Program-made: the position numbers and the translations under genes
From: an uncultured Clostridia bacterium
GTDB taxonomy: Bacteria; Bacillota; Clostridia; Christensenellales; UBA1242
Assembly: GCA_944349905.1 (NCBI GenBank)
Contig: CALVNR010000006.1
Coordinates: 8,573 to 72,572, forward strand
DNA length: 64,000 nucleotides
Reading direction: 5' to 3'
Notes under the pieces: generated by a model
What the model was told of the DNA's origin: nothing
Seen by the model: the letters and a program-made list of their open reading frames with translations, nothing else
The model's database searches: none
Part shown: positions 47,785 to 57,932 of the stretch, in pieces
Layout of the letters: each line of letters starts with the position of its first letter
Position numbering within the stretch: the first letter of the stretch is position 1

Positions 47785-48774
47785 ATGTCAAACATTATTG
47801 AATTCAAAAATGTAAACAAAGAATTTAAGTTGTCTTTAAAAGAAAAAGGGGTATGGGGCGCGATAAAAGGATTATTTAAACGCAAGCATAAAATAATTAA
47901 AGCTCTTCAAGATGTAAGTTTCAATATTGAGGAAGGTGATATTGTTGGTTACATAGGACCAAACGGAGCGGGAAAAAGCACAACAATAAAAATCATGAGT
48001 GGGATATTGAATCCAACATCCGGGCAATGCCAAGTAAATGGATTTACTCCATGGAAAGAAAGAAAAAAATATGTGAAAAATATTGGTGTTGTTTTTGGAC
48101 AAAGATCTCAATTATGGTGGGATGTTCCAGTTCGTGATAGTTTTGAGTTGTTAAAAGATATTTACAAAATACCAAACGAAGAATTTGAAGAAACTTACAA
48201 GTTGTTAAACAATGCTTTAAAAATTGATGAACTTTTAGATAGGCCTTTAAGACAACTATCACTAGGACAAAAAATGAAATGTGAACTTGCTGGGGCACTT
48301 TTGCACAGACCAAAGATTTTATTTTTAGATGAGCCAACGATAGGATTAGATGCAGTAACAAAACTTGCTGTTAGAGAATTTGTTAAATACATTAATAAAG
48401 TATGGAAGACAACAATTATATTGACCACACATGATATGAACGATATAGATGCACTTACAAACAAAGTTATTTTAATTGGAAAAGGTCAAATATTGTACAA
48501 TGGTAGTTTTGATTATTTAAAAAATAAATATGGCAACGAAAAAACTATTAATGTTGAGTTTGCAAAAGAATACAGGAAAGTTCAGTTACAAGGATATCAA
48601 GTTGTATCGCATGAAAAAAATGTTGCTATTTTTAAAAATCTTCCACAGACAATTTTCCATACGCAAGAATTTTTACAACAAATCAGTAAAAAATATGAAA
48701 TTATTGATTTTTCTGTCAATTCGCTAAGTGTAGATGAAATACTTGCAAAACTTTATAAAGAATATGAATTATAA
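47785..48774 (+). CDS. ABC transporter ATP-binding protein (COG4586-like)
   Basis: Walker A GPNGAGKST, signature LSLGQKM, Walker B ILFLDEPT. Confidence 0.9.
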   Translation: MSNIIEFKNVNKEFKLSLKEKGVWGAIKGLFKRKHKIIKALQDVSFNIEEGDIVGYIGPNGAGKSTTIKIMSGILNPTSGQCQVNGFTPWKERKKYVKNIGVVFGQRSQLWWDVPVRDSFELLKDIYKIPNEEFEETYKLLNNALKIDELLDRPLRQLSLGQKMKCELAGALLHRPKILFLDEPTIGLDAVTKLAVREFVKYINKVWKTTIILTTHDMNDIDALTNKVILIGKGQILYNGSFDYLKNKYGNEKTINVEFAKEYRKVQLQGYQVVSHEKNVAIFKNLPQTIFHTQEFLQQISKKYEIIDFSVNSLSVDEILAKLYKEYEL

Positions 48775-48787
48775 AGGAGAAAAAAAG

Positions 48788-49585
48788 ATGAAATCATATT
48801 TAGGAATTTTTAAAATGCAGTTTAAAAGTGAACTACAATATCGTGGAAAAGCAATATCGGGAGTTGCAACACAATTTTTCTGGGGACTTTTAAAAATATA
48901 TTTATATTTGGCTTTTATGTCAACAGCTACAGTAACCGGTTTTACGATTTCTCAAATGTTAAGTTATATATGGCTTGGACAAGCATTTTTTGCAGTTTCG
49001 TACATAAATTTGCCAAAAAATTCTGCAAAAGAAATTGTGCAAGGAGATGTTTGTTATAAATTTGTAAAACCTTTAAATTTGTATAATCAATGGTATTTTG
49101 AATATTTTGGAGAAAAACTTGCATCAACAATATTAAGATGCTTTCCGCTTATAATAATCGCTACAATCATGCCTGCATCAATTGCACTTCAAGCACCAGC
49201 AGGAACAATTTATTTTCTTTTATTTTTTGTAAGTTTGATAATAAGCTTGTTTCTCAGTGTTGCTATAAGTATGCTTGCAGTTTATCTTACATTGAAAACA
49301 CTTATGCCAAAAGGCGCTTTAGGTATTGTCAATGTTGTTACTGGTTTGCTTGGCGGTTCTTATATTCCTTTGCCTTTTATGCCACAAAGCGTTCAAAATG
49401 TTTTAAATTATCTGCCATTCAGGTATATTTCGGACTTGCCATTTAGAATTTATTCGGGCAGTCTGGATATAAAAACTTCACTTATACAAATTGGGCTTTC
49501 TCTTGCATGGCTTTTGCTTTTAGTTTTAATTGGAAAATTAGTGATGCATTCAGCATTGAAAAAAACAATTGTGCAGGGAGGTTAA
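48788..49585 (+). CDS. ABC-2 type permease (DUF990-like)
   Basis: Six TM segments. Start ATG 48788 behind AAGGAGA. Confidence 0.75.
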   Translation: MKSYLGIFKMQFKSELQYRGKAISGVATQFFWGLLKIYLYLAFMSTATVTGFTISQMLSYIWLGQAFFAVSYINLPKNSAKEIVQGDVCYKFVKPLNLYNQWYFEYFGEKLASTILRCFPLIIIATIMPASIALQAPAGTIYFLLFFVSLIISLFLSVAISMLAVYLTLKTLMPKGALGIVNVVTGLLGGSYIPLPFMPQSVQNVLNYLPFRYISDLPFRIYSGSLDIKTSLIQIGLSLAWLLLLVLIGKLVMHSALKKTIVQGG

Positions 49586-49586
49586 T

Positions 49587-50366
49587 ATGTTGTATAGAAA
49601 ATATTTAAAAATGCATATAAAATCTTCTTTTGAATATAGACTCAATACATTATTTATTGCATTTTCTCAAACTTTAATTACTATTGGTGAATTATTGGTT
49701 GTGTATCTTATGTTTCAAAGATTTGACAGTGTTGGGAATTGGGGATTTTACGAGGCCTTGCTTATGTTTGGTATTGTAATGACAGCTTTTCCAATAGTTG
49801 AGTGCTTTTTTAGAGGTTATGATGAATTTGCATCATTAGTAAAATCAGGAGAAGTTGACAGATTTTTAGTAAGACCTGTTAGTATCCATTATCAAATTCT
49901 TGGTTCTAAAATAGAATTGTCAAAAATAGGACGAATTTTAGTAGGAATTATTTCTAGTGTAATTGCTATTGCAAATTTACATATATCGTGGTCGATTTCA
50001 AAAGTTATAGTGCTGATTGCTTCTTATATTTGTGGTATTTGTTTTGTACTTGGAGTTTTTGTTATAGGTGCAGGAATAAGTATTTATACAATTGAGAATT
50101 TAGAGTTTGTCAATATATTTACATATGGTAGCAAGCAGCTTGCCAATTATCCAATAAATATTTATAACAAATGGCTTACGCGTCTATTTACTTTTGTTTT
50201 GCCTGTTGCGTGTTTTAATTATCTTCCACTATCATATATAATGGAAATTGGAAGCATGCCTTCTTGGCTTTATGCAATATCTCCACTTTTAGGTATGTTG
50301 TTTGTAATTCCATGCTTTTTATTTTTCAATTTAAGTTTAAAAAAATATCAAAGCACTGGCACTTAA
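49587..50366 (+). CDS. ABC-2 type permease (DUF990-like), second subunit
   Basis: Six TM segments. Start ATG 49587 behind GGGAGG, 1 nt after the previous stop. Confidence 0.75.
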   Translation: MLYRKYLKMHIKSSFEYRLNTLFIAFSQTLITIGELLVVYLMFQRFDSVGNWGFYEALLMFGIVMTAFPIVECFFRGYDEFASLVKSGEVDRFLVRPVSIHYQILGSKIELSKIGRILVGIISSVIAIANLHISWSISKVIVLIASYICGICFVLGVFVIGAGISIYTIENLEFVNIFTYGSKQLANYPINIYNKWLTRLFTFVLPVACFNYLPLSYIMEIGSMPSWLYAISPLLGMLFVIPCFLFFNLSLKKYQSTGT

Positions 50367-50451
50367 AAAAATATATGTTTTGTTTTATTGGAAAAATTTT
50401 AAAATAATGTTATAATATAAAAGACATATTAAAATATTAGGAGATATTAAA

Positions 50452-50961
50452 ATGCAAACAATATATTTAATAACAGGTCCAGCAGGAGTAGGGAAGAGTA
50501 CGATATCAAAACTTGTAGCAAAAAGATTAGAAAAGAGTGTATTGATTGAAGGTGATAATGTTTACAACATTGTTGTTGGTGGAAGAGTTAGTCCTTGGAA
50601 AGAAGGAAATCAGTTGGGATTGTTTTGGAAAAATAGTAAAGATATGATAAATAATTCTTTAAATGAAGGTTTTGATGTTGTGTTTAATTATATCTTAGAC
50701 AAGACTCAAATAAAAGATATTAAAGATAGTTTTCCAAAAGCAAAAGTTAAGTTTGTTTGCTTGTTGGTAGATGAAAAGACTTTAATTGAAAGAGATAAAT
50801 TAAGACCAGAAGATTGCCAAATGGGTAAAAGATGTTTGGTTTTATTAAAAGATTTTAAAGATAAAAATTTTGCAGATAATTATATCATAGATAGTAGCAA
50901 TTTAACTCCTGATGAAACTGCAAATATGATAATAAAAGATGACAGATTTATTTTAAGTTAA
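50452..50961 (+). CDS. P-loop kinase-like protein (AAA_33/shikimate-kinase-like fold)
   Basis: Walker A GPAGVGKST at residues 9-17. 169 aa. Confidence 0.6.
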   Translation: MQTIYLITGPAGVGKSTISKLVAKRLEKSVLIEGDNVYNIVVGGRVSPWKEGNQLGLFWKNSKDMINNSLNEGFDVVFNYILDKTQIKDIKDSFPKAKVKFVCLLVDEKTLIERDKLRPEDCQMGKRCLVLLKDFKDKNFADNYIIDSSNLTPDETANMIIKDDRFILS

Positions 50962-50962
50962 T

Positions 50963-50991
50963 AAAAAAACCGATTTCATATCGGTTTTTTT
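50963..50991. terminator. bidirectional terminator
   Basis: AACCGAT-ttcat-ATCGGTT flanked by A7 and T7, between convergent genes. Confidence 0.75.
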
Positions 50992-51649
50992 AATCTTTGT
51001 TATTTTCAAGTTTTTGGTAGTAAATATTTGTTAGTTCTTTCTTTTTGTCGCTGAGAAGATTTAAGAGTTTTTGTATTCTATTTTTTGTTTCAATTGACGG
51101 CGACATTTGACAAAGTCTTTCAACTTCTTTAAAAAAAACATCAAAGTCACTGCTTAATTTGCCATTATCATTAACAAGATTGCTATTAAACATAATAATA
51201 CAAGATATAGAGAAAAATGCGTCTGTTTTATTGTATTCATTATTTGCGTATTTAATGAAATTTGATAAGGTATTTAAAAAGCACAATTGGTGATATATGT
51301 TTTCACAGGAGAGTTCTACTTCTTTTGAAAACAAATTGTATAATTCTTCTTCATTTTCAATTTCGCCTAAAAGTTCTTTTTTTAATGAAACATATTCCAT
51401 GGTCTTTTTATAATTGCATACAAATTTAAATAGATTTTTTATATCTTTTTCATATTTTCTTTTTAAAGGTAAATAATATTGTGTTGCTTGTATTAAATCT
51501 TGTGATAAATTCTCCGTTGTGGGACTGAAAAATTTTTGCAGCTGTTCAAGCGATGAAAAGTTTAAGATTTCATCAACTGCAAAAGTTTTGTCAAAAGGAT
51601 ATAATTTTATTTTGTTAATTCTTTGGTCAAAAATTAATGTGTTTGCCAT
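50990..51649 (-). CDS. hypothetical protein
   Basis: 219 aa from ATG 51649 (AAAGGA SD, 10 nt after the upstream stop). An alternative start at 51673 overlaps the upstream gene. Confidence 0.5.
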   Translation of the reverse strand: MANTLIFDQRINKIKLYPFDKTFAVDEILNFSSLEQLQKFFSPTTENLSQDLIQATQYYLPLKRKYEKDIKNLFKFVCNYKKTMEYVSLKKELLGEIENEEELYNLFSKEVELSCENIYHQLCFLNTLSNFIKYANNEYNKTDAFFSISCIIMFNSNLVNDNGKLSSDFDVFFKEVERLCQMSPSIETKNRIQKLLNLLSDKKKELTNIYYQKLENNKD

Positions 51650-51659
51650 ATAATGTCCT

Positions 51660-52364
51660 TTAATTTTTCGCACAAGTTTCTATAAAACTTTTGATGATTT
51701 TGTTGTGATTTTTATCTTCAAGGAACAATCTTTCTGGATGAAATTTTACACCTAAAAAGAAAGTTTTGTTTTTATTTTCAACTGCCTCAATAAGAGCATC
51801 ATCACTCCAAGCAACAGCATCAAGATTTTTTAAAGAGTCTGCTATGTACTCATGTAGTGAATTTGTTTGTATTTGCTCTTTTTTTACTATTTGATATAAT
51901 TTTGAATTTCTGTCTATTTTTAGCGCGTGAGCATATTTAAGTTCTGGTCTATTATGTATTTGTTTTTTGTTGTCAGGTCTAGTATTTCCACCAAGTCCTC
52001 TTATCATATTGTTATAACCAGCACAAATACCAAGAGTAGGCTTGTTTATTTCAAAACAGTATTTTGCTATCCATTCTTCAAATGCATCGCTATATTGACC
52101 ACCTTGTAAAATTATTCCATCACATAAATTTATTTGAGAAATCAGGTCGTCTTTTTCTTTCTTTGTTAATTTTAAAACGGCCTTTCCATTATCGGTATGA
52201 GAAAAAGTTAAAGACTTTTTAGTTGGCAAAATACCAATTGCTACCCCGTTGTTATATAATATGGAGTATCTTAAATCACTGCTGATAGTTTGGTCGTACC
52301 AAATATTTACCCCGTCATCATAATCTACACTTTTTGAAACTATCCCAATAATTGGCTTTTTCAT
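51660..52364 (-). CDS. class I glutamine amidotransferase / peptidase C26 (gamma-glutamyl hydrolase-like)
   Basis: Nucleophile elbow LGICAGYN and C-terminal ...GVKFHPE motif. Confidence 0.75.
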   Translation of the reverse strand: MKKPIIGIVSKSVDYDDGVNIWYDQTISSDLRYSILYNNGVAIGILPTKKSLTFSHTDNGKAVLKLTKKEKDDLISQINLCDGIILQGGQYSDAFEEWIAKYCFEINKPTLGICAGYNNMIRGLGGNTRPDNKKQIHNRPELKYAHALKIDRNSKLYQIVKKEQIQTNSLHEYIADSLKNLDAVAWSDDALIEAVENKNKTFFLGVKFHPERLFLEDKNHNKIIKSFIETCAKN

Positions 52365-52478
52365 ATATATCTCCTATAATGTTTAGTATATACTTTTTCT
52401 ATCAAAATGTAAATATTATTTTATAATGTGTAATTTGTTTTCTTATTTTTTTTATGATATAATGAATTAGGAGCAAAA

Positions 52479-53057
52479 ATGAACATTGGATTAGATATTG
52501 ACAACGTAATTACAGATTTTGACAAATCAATATTAAAATATTTTTTAAAAGAAGACAAATTAAAAAGAAATAATGGCATTATAAATCCAAAGCCTAGCCA
52601 CATTAATTGTGGTATGTTTGATTGGAGCGAAGAAGAAGTCAAAGAATTTTATAACAAAAATATGGAAAAAATTGCTACTGAACTTAACATTAGAAAATAT
52701 GCTCGCAATGTAATAAATCAGTTATTAAAAGATGGCCATGAAATTTTTTTGATAAGTCATAGGTCTCAGCCACATTATAAGAATCCTCAGCAAACAACAT
52801 TGGATTGGCTAAAAAAGAAAAAAATCAATTATACAAAACTTGTTTTGTCTAAATTGCCAGACAAAACAGCAGAGTGTTTAAAATACAAAATTGATATATT
52901 GGTTGATGACAGAGTTGATCAATGCAAGTTAATGAAAAACAGAGGGATTAATGTATTTCTTATGTTGACAAGATACAACAAATATGCAAAAAAAGACTTG
53001 CCTTACGTAAAAAGTTGGTTAGAATTATATAAGGAGATTAGTAAGTGCAAAAGTTAA
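52479..53057 (+). CDS. 5'(3')-deoxyribonucleotidase-like HAD phosphatase (NT5C)
   Basis: N-terminal DxDxV/T motif (GLDIDNVITD), with ...LISHR... and VDD motifs. Confidence 0.7.
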   Translation: MNIGLDIDNVITDFDKSILKYFLKEDKLKRNNGIINPKPSHINCGMFDWSEEEVKEFYNKNMEKIATELNIRKYARNVINQLLKDGHEIFLISHRSQPHYKNPQQTTLDWLKKKKINYTKLVLSKLPDKTAECLKYKIDILVDDRVDQCKLMKNRGINVFLMLTRYNKYAKKDLPYVKSWLELYKEISKCKS

Positions 53058-53116
53058 AAGTTGTTTTTAATACAAAATTTTAAAATTAAATTTGAAATTG
53101 TTTTGTGAGGTGAATT

Positions 53117-53623
53117 ATGGAATACAAAAAAATAAGCATAAAAGATGCAAGCAAACTAAGTCTGTTGATAAAAGAGATGAAAGATAATTTAACAAACAAA
53201 TCTTGGTTTTTGCCTATGGAAAGCGATATTGAAAGCGTAAAAGAGATGATAAACAAAACAAGATTTTATATTTTGGGAGCTTTTGATGGTGAAAATTTAG
53301 CAGGAATTGCTTCGCTTGATTATAAAAATGGAAAAATGCCAGAAAAATATCCTTTTCCTAGTTGGTGCGATGTAAGCAAAATGGTGGAATTCTCATTTTG
53401 CATAGTTGGTGTTAAGTATAGAGGCAAAGGATTGATGTATGAAATGCTAAAAAAAATTAGGGAAATTGCAATTTCTCAAAAGTACGAATTTGCTTGTTGC
53501 ACAGTGCACAACGACAATTATCCAAGCAAAAAGAATTTATTAAAAATCGGATTTAAATATTACATGTCTGTTGAACAAGGTTCTAATTATCCTCGTGATA
53601 TATTACTAATGAGACTTGTTTAA
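53117..53623 (+). CDS. GNAT family N-acetyltransferase
   Basis: Acetyl-CoA motif A-like VKYRGKGLMYEML. Confidence 0.7.
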   Translation: MEYKKISIKDASKLSLLIKEMKDNLTNKSWFLPMESDIESVKEMINKTRFYILGAFDGENLAGIASLDYKNGKMPEKYPFPSWCDVSKMVEFSFCIVGVKYRGKGLMYEMLKKIREIAISQKYEFACCTVHNDNYPSKKNLLKIGFKYYMSVEQGSNYPRDILLMRLV

Positions 53624-53666
53624 AAGAAAAGTGTAAAATTTATAAAAAAATAATAAAGGATGAGAT

Positions 53667-54221
53667 ATGAGAAAAAAGTTTATTGATAAAATTTACATGA
53701 AAGAAGTAAAAGATAAAATATGGTATATTGAAAAGGATGAAAAATCTAATACATACATTGCTTTAAAATATATAAAAGAAATTGAAAAGCCATTAAGTTT
53801 TTTCTGTAATGGCAAAAAATATGTTGGTTTAGATAAAGGATATAGCATACTAGAATATGTACCTTTGGGTAGAAATTATAATTGTAGAATATTTTTTGAC
53901 AGTTTAGATAGACCGCTTTGTTTTTATTTTGATATTAATAATGGCTCAGGTGTTGAAAATGATATACCTTGGTATGATGATTTATATTTAGATGTAACAA
54001 TGGAAAGTCCAATTATAACCGAGACTGGATATTACATAAGGTTGGATGATGAAATTGAATTTAAAAAAGCAAAAAGAGAAGGTGAGGTTGATGAAGAAAC
54101 TTTTAATAAAGGTTACGATGTTGCTATAAAATTAATGGAGGAACTGAGATTAAACAATAATGATATTGTAAATAGGTGTCAATTTGATTTATACAGAATA
54201 AAAACTTTATTAAAAATATAA
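53667..54221 (+). CDS. DUF402 family protein (nucleoside di/triphosphatase-like)
   Basis: The central pattern ...YFDIN...WYDDLYLDV... is typical of DUF402. Confidence 0.55.
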   Translation: MRKKFIDKIYMKEVKDKIWYIEKDEKSNTYIALKYIKEIEKPLSFFCNGKKYVGLDKGYSILEYVPLGRNYNCRIFFDSLDRPLCFYFDINNGSGVENDIPWYDDLYLDVTMESPIITETGYYIRLDDEIEFKKAKREGEVDEETFNKGYDVAIKLMEELRLNNNDIVNRCQFDLYRIKTLLKI

Positions 54222-54279
54222 CAAATTTAAAACTTTTCTTTATATTACAGAGTTTAAAAAGTTTATCAAGGAGAAAAAA

Positions 54280-54771
54280 ATGATATTGACAAATTTGCAA
54301 GGGAAAGAAGTTGAAATAAAAAATTGCATGGGCTGTGAGATTGTAAATGGTAGTATAGATGTTTTTGGAGGAATTTTATACAATGGGAGTTATTTTACAG
54401 TTGCGCAAGATTTTGAACTTCCTATTGATGGGTTTATTATAATAACTTCAAAAAGACATGTAAAAAAATTTGTAGACTTAACAAAAGATGAGCAGATGGA
54501 ATTAACAGCTGTTGTGCATAAAGCTTTAAAGATATTGGAAGAAAACAATATTGCAGAAGAATACAATATAATTTTAGAAGAAAAATCTTCTCATTTTCAC
54601 CTGTGGCTTATGCCATGTCATAGCTGGATGAAAGAAAAATTTGGAAGGGTTTTAAAAAATATAAAACCAATCCAAGAATACGCAATTAAAAATATGAAAA
54701 CACAAGAAAATTTTGAAAAAATAAAAAATACATGCGAATTAATAAAAAAAGAGTTTAAGAAATTATTTTAA
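54280..54771 (+). CDS. HIT family protein (variant triad)
   Basis: N-terminal CMGCEI and the motif SSHFHLWLMP (H-x-H-x-W). Confidence 0.65.
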   Translation: MILTNLQGKEVEIKNCMGCEIVNGSIDVFGGILYNGSYFTVAQDFELPIDGFIIITSKRHVKKFVDLTKDEQMELTAVVHKALKILEENNIAEEYNIILEEKSSHFHLWLMPCHSWMKEKFGRVLKNIKPIQEYAIKNMKTQENFEKIKNTCELIKKEFKKLF

Positions 54772-54808
54772 AGTGTGATATTAAATTTGAATTAAAGAGG
54801 AAAAATTA

Positions 54809-55303
54809 ATGTTTACTTATAGAAAAGCTACTTTATTTGATTTAGAAAAAATTTGGGATAAAGATATAAAAGAAAATAAAGATGATGAACGATATATAAA
54901 ATGGAAAAAACAATATATTGAATATAATAAAAACGAAGAATGTGCAACTTTTGTTGTTTTAGACAACGAAGAACCAATAGGACAAATTACTGTATTGTTT
55001 TCTCCCAAGTGCTCTGCTGTAAAAAATCAAATAAACTTATGCAACGGCATTGACATTGCAAATATGAACGCGTTTAGGATAGAAAAAAAATATGAAAATC
55101 AGGGGCATATTTCAAAACTTGTTAAAATGGCAGAAGAATATGCAAAAAAGAAGGGTATAAAATATTTAACAATAGGAAGTGAAGCGAAGGAAAGCAGAAA
55201 CCTAGCGATTTATCTGCATTTTGGCTATACAGAGTTTGTGACTAGTAAATTTGAAGATGGCGATTTGATTTTATTTTATAGGAAAAACTTGAACAATTTA
55301 TAA
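54809..55303 (+). CDS. GNAT family N-acetyltransferase
   Basis: Motif A-like KKYENQGHISKLV. 164 aa. Confidence 0.7.
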   Translation: MFTYRKATLFDLEKIWDKDIKENKDDERYIKWKKQYIEYNKNEECATFVVLDNEEPIGQITVLFSPKCSAVKNQINLCNGIDIANMNAFRIEKKYENQGHISKLVKMAEEYAKKKGIKYLTIGSEAKESRNLAIYLHFGYTEFVTSKFEDGDLILFYRKNLNNL

Positions 55304-55326
55304 TTTGAAAGATTAAAACAAATTGT

Positions 55327-55887
55327 TTACATGTTTTTCAAAACATCAAAAATAGGAATATTATCTTTATATCCTTTTGGGTTTAATGGACTTGGATGAT
55401 AAATAGGCAACACTTTATATATTTTGTTGCTTATTTTTATTTCAAAAATTTTACCAACAAAGTCAGCATATCTTTTAATTTTTATTCCTAGTAATGCTTG
55501 TGTTGGAGCAAGTCCCATAGGAACAAGGATTCTACATGGTAAATTTTCTATTTGTTTAAAAAGAAAAGGCAAGCAGTTTTTAGAACATTTTTCAAGTTGC
55601 TGTCTATTTTCAATTATACATTTGCAACATTCAGTAAAGTATATATCGTTTATTGAAAGTCCTATATTATTTAATAATTTTTCAAGCACTCTTCCACTTG
55701 CTTGAAGTTTATTGTCTTTATTGTAAAATGCTCGTTTTGAAACAATCCAGCCATCTTTGGCTGGACTTTCACCAATTACAATAAAAGACGTTTTACCTAT
55801 TTGAATTGATTTTTCTTTAAGTTTTGGTAAATTGCCACAAATTGAGCACTTATTTATTTCACTTTGTAAATACTTATTTTTATCCAT
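55327..55887 (-). CDS. uracil-DNA glycosylase superfamily protein (family 4/5-like)
   Basis: Motifs VIGESPA and HPSPLN. The extended -10 TGGTATAAT ends 6 nt before ATG 55887, so the mRNA may be leaderless. Confidence 0.65.
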   Translation of the reverse strand: MDKNKYLQSEINKCSICGNLPKLKEKSIQIGKTSFIVIGESPAKDGWIVSKRAFYNKDNKLQASGRVLEKLLNNIGLSINDIYFTECCKCIIENRQQLEKCSKNCLPFLFKQIENLPCRILVPMGLAPTQALLGIKIKRYADFVGKIFEIKISNKIYKVLPIYHPSPLNPKGYKDNIPIFDVLKNM

Positions 55888-56123
55888 AATCAAATTATAC
55901 CATAAAAGTTTTATAATTTATAGTGTTTTGCTATTAAAGATTTTTATTATCGTGGAGTTTATATTTGATGAGATTTAATTAAGATATAATATTTAAATTA
56001 AAACATCTTTATATAAAAATAATATATAGAAAAATTTTATAAACAAAATGTTGTAAAAGTTTTAGTTTGCTCTTGACACAAGGAGACAATAATGCTATAA
56101 TCCACGAGGAAAATGAAAAAATT

Positions 56124-56573
56124 ATGACATTGATTATTGTGCCTGAAAATGAAAATAACGACCAAATTATTTTTTTGGATTTTGGCAAAGAAAAATTTGA
56201 AGAGAGATTTAATAAAAAGGATTTTGTCTTAAAAGACGAAAAAGTGACTTTTGAAAATATTATGAAAAACTTAAATGAAAATCCACTTAAAAGAGAATTT
56301 ATAAAAAAGTTTTCTAACAATTTAGCAATCAAAAAGCATGTTAATTATAATTCTCAGTATTTTTTTGAATTAATGAGAAATTTCAAAATAGCAACATTAC
56401 CTAAAAAACAAAATGGTACTTTTGATGCTGTAATTGGTGGTTTTATTCACGAGTTTGAAATTGGTGAAATTTATGATGAAAAAACAGGTGAATATAAAAT
56501 CAATTTAAAAGACAATGGCGCATATCAAGATGGAAGAGAACTCTTGCCAATAGAGGAAGAAAGTGAAAAATAA
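56124..56573 (+). CDS. hypothetical protein, paralogue of 46956..47444
   Basis: 149 aa from ATG 56124 (MTLIIVPENE vs MKIILSKNED in the other copy). Shared C-terminal GFIHEFEIGEIYDEKTGEYKINLKDNG block. Confidence 0.55.
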   Translation: MTLIIVPENENNDQIIFLDFGKEKFEERFNKKDFVLKDEKVTFENIMKNLNENPLKREFIKKFSNNLAIKKHVNYNSQYFFELMRNFKIATLPKKQNGTFDAVIGGFIHEFEIGEIYDEKTGEYKINLKDNGAYQDGRELLPIEEESEK

Positions 56574-56722
56574 AAATCAGACGGAAGTCTGATTTTTTTT
56601 CATTTTAGTTAAAAAAAATTAATAAATTATGCTATAATCGTTTTATAAAATGTATTCAAATAGAATTTGAGAGCGAAAGCAATTACATTAAGCAAGTTTT
56701 TTTGTTATGGTTGGAGATTTTT

Positions 56723-57247
56723 ATGATTATTAAAACAAAAGAGTTGATTTTAAAACCAGATATTTCGAAAGATGATATTTTTAAAATACATCAAAATGTA
56801 TTTAACCAAACCGAAACTGCAAAATATATGCTTTGGGAAGCGAGTAATGAAATAGAGGATACTATCAAAAGACTAAAAAGGTGGCAAGAATCAGACATTA
56901 AATTGTTTTTTATTTTTGAAAAATCTAATAACGAACCAATAGGCTTTTTGTCTTTTTCGGAGAGAGATGAGGTAATAAATAACATCGGTCTTTGCATTGG
57001 GAAAAGATTTGTTAGAAAAGGATTTGGAAAACAAGTTTTAACTGCGCTTTTAGATTATTGCAAAAACAATAAAATAAAAATTGTTGAATACTCTGCATTT
57101 CACGAAAATTTACCTTCGATTGAACTTGCAAAAAAACTAGGTTTTATTTATTCTTATAGCAAAAATTCAATAAGGAATTATGACAAGCGCAAATTTGTTG
57201 AAGATGTTTATGTGAAAAAAATTGATTGTTTTAAGAATATTAATTAA
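56723..57247 (+). CDS. GNAT family N-acetyltransferase (RimJ/RimL-like)
   Basis: Motif A-like KRFVRKGFGKQVL. Start ATG 56723. Confidence 0.7.
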   Translation: MIIKTKELILKPDISKDDIFKIHQNVFNQTETAKYMLWEASNEIEDTIKRLKRWQESDIKLFFIFEKSNNEPIGFLSFSERDEVINNIGLCIGKRFVRKGFGKQVLTALLDYCKNNKIKIVEYSAFHENLPSIELAKKLGFIYSYSKNSIRNYDKRKFVEDVYVKKIDCFKNIN

Positions 57248-57284
57248 TAATATTTATATTATTTAAAAGAAAGGAGAATGGGAA

Positions 57285-57830
57285 ATGAAAACAGAATATG
57301 AAGTTAGATTTTTAGAGATAGATAAGGATAAAATTTTAACAAAATTAAAAGGATTGGGAGCTGTTGAGGTTGGTGATTGGATTCAGATAAGAAAAACTTT
57401 TGACCTGATTGTTCCACAAAAGAATAGTTGGCTTCGCTTGAGAACAAATGGAGAAACTACAACTTTAACAGTGAAAGAAATAAATTCTGCAAAAATTGAT
57501 GGAACAAAAGAAGCTGAAGTTGTAGTTAATAATTTCAATGAAATGAACACAATTTTGACAAAGATTGGATTAAAGGCAAGAAATTATCAAGAAAATCAAC
57601 GTCATCAATTCAGATACAAAGATACAGAAATAGATATAGATACTTGGCCCTTAATACCTACTTATCTTGAAATAGAAGGGAAAAGTGAGGAAATAATAAA
57701 AGAAGTGTGCGAAGATTTAGGGTTAGATTATAACAAATCTACAACTATGGACGTTACAGATATATACAACAAGATATACAATATTGACATCTTAAAAATT
57801 AAAACATTAAATTTAAATCAAAATCGTTAG
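57285..57830 (+). CDS. CYTH domain protein (triphosphate tunnel metalloenzyme)
   Basis: N-terminal ExExK-like EYEVRFLE. 181 aa with a beta-rich pattern. Confidence 0.7.
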   Translation: MKTEYEVRFLEIDKDKILTKLKGLGAVEVGDWIQIRKTFDLIVPQKNSWLRLRTNGETTTLTVKEINSAKIDGTKEAEVVVNNFNEMNTILTKIGLKARNYQENQRHQFRYKDTEIDIDTWPLIPTYLEIEGKSEEIIKEVCEDLGLDYNKSTTMDVTDIYNKIYNIDILKIKTLNLNQNR

Positions 57831-57932
57831 GCATGAATTGAAAATTAATAATTTTTATAAATAGAAAACAATTAATTGAAATTTTGGTATTACTTTATTT
57901 TAAATATTTAAATTAAGAAAAGAAGGAGTAAA

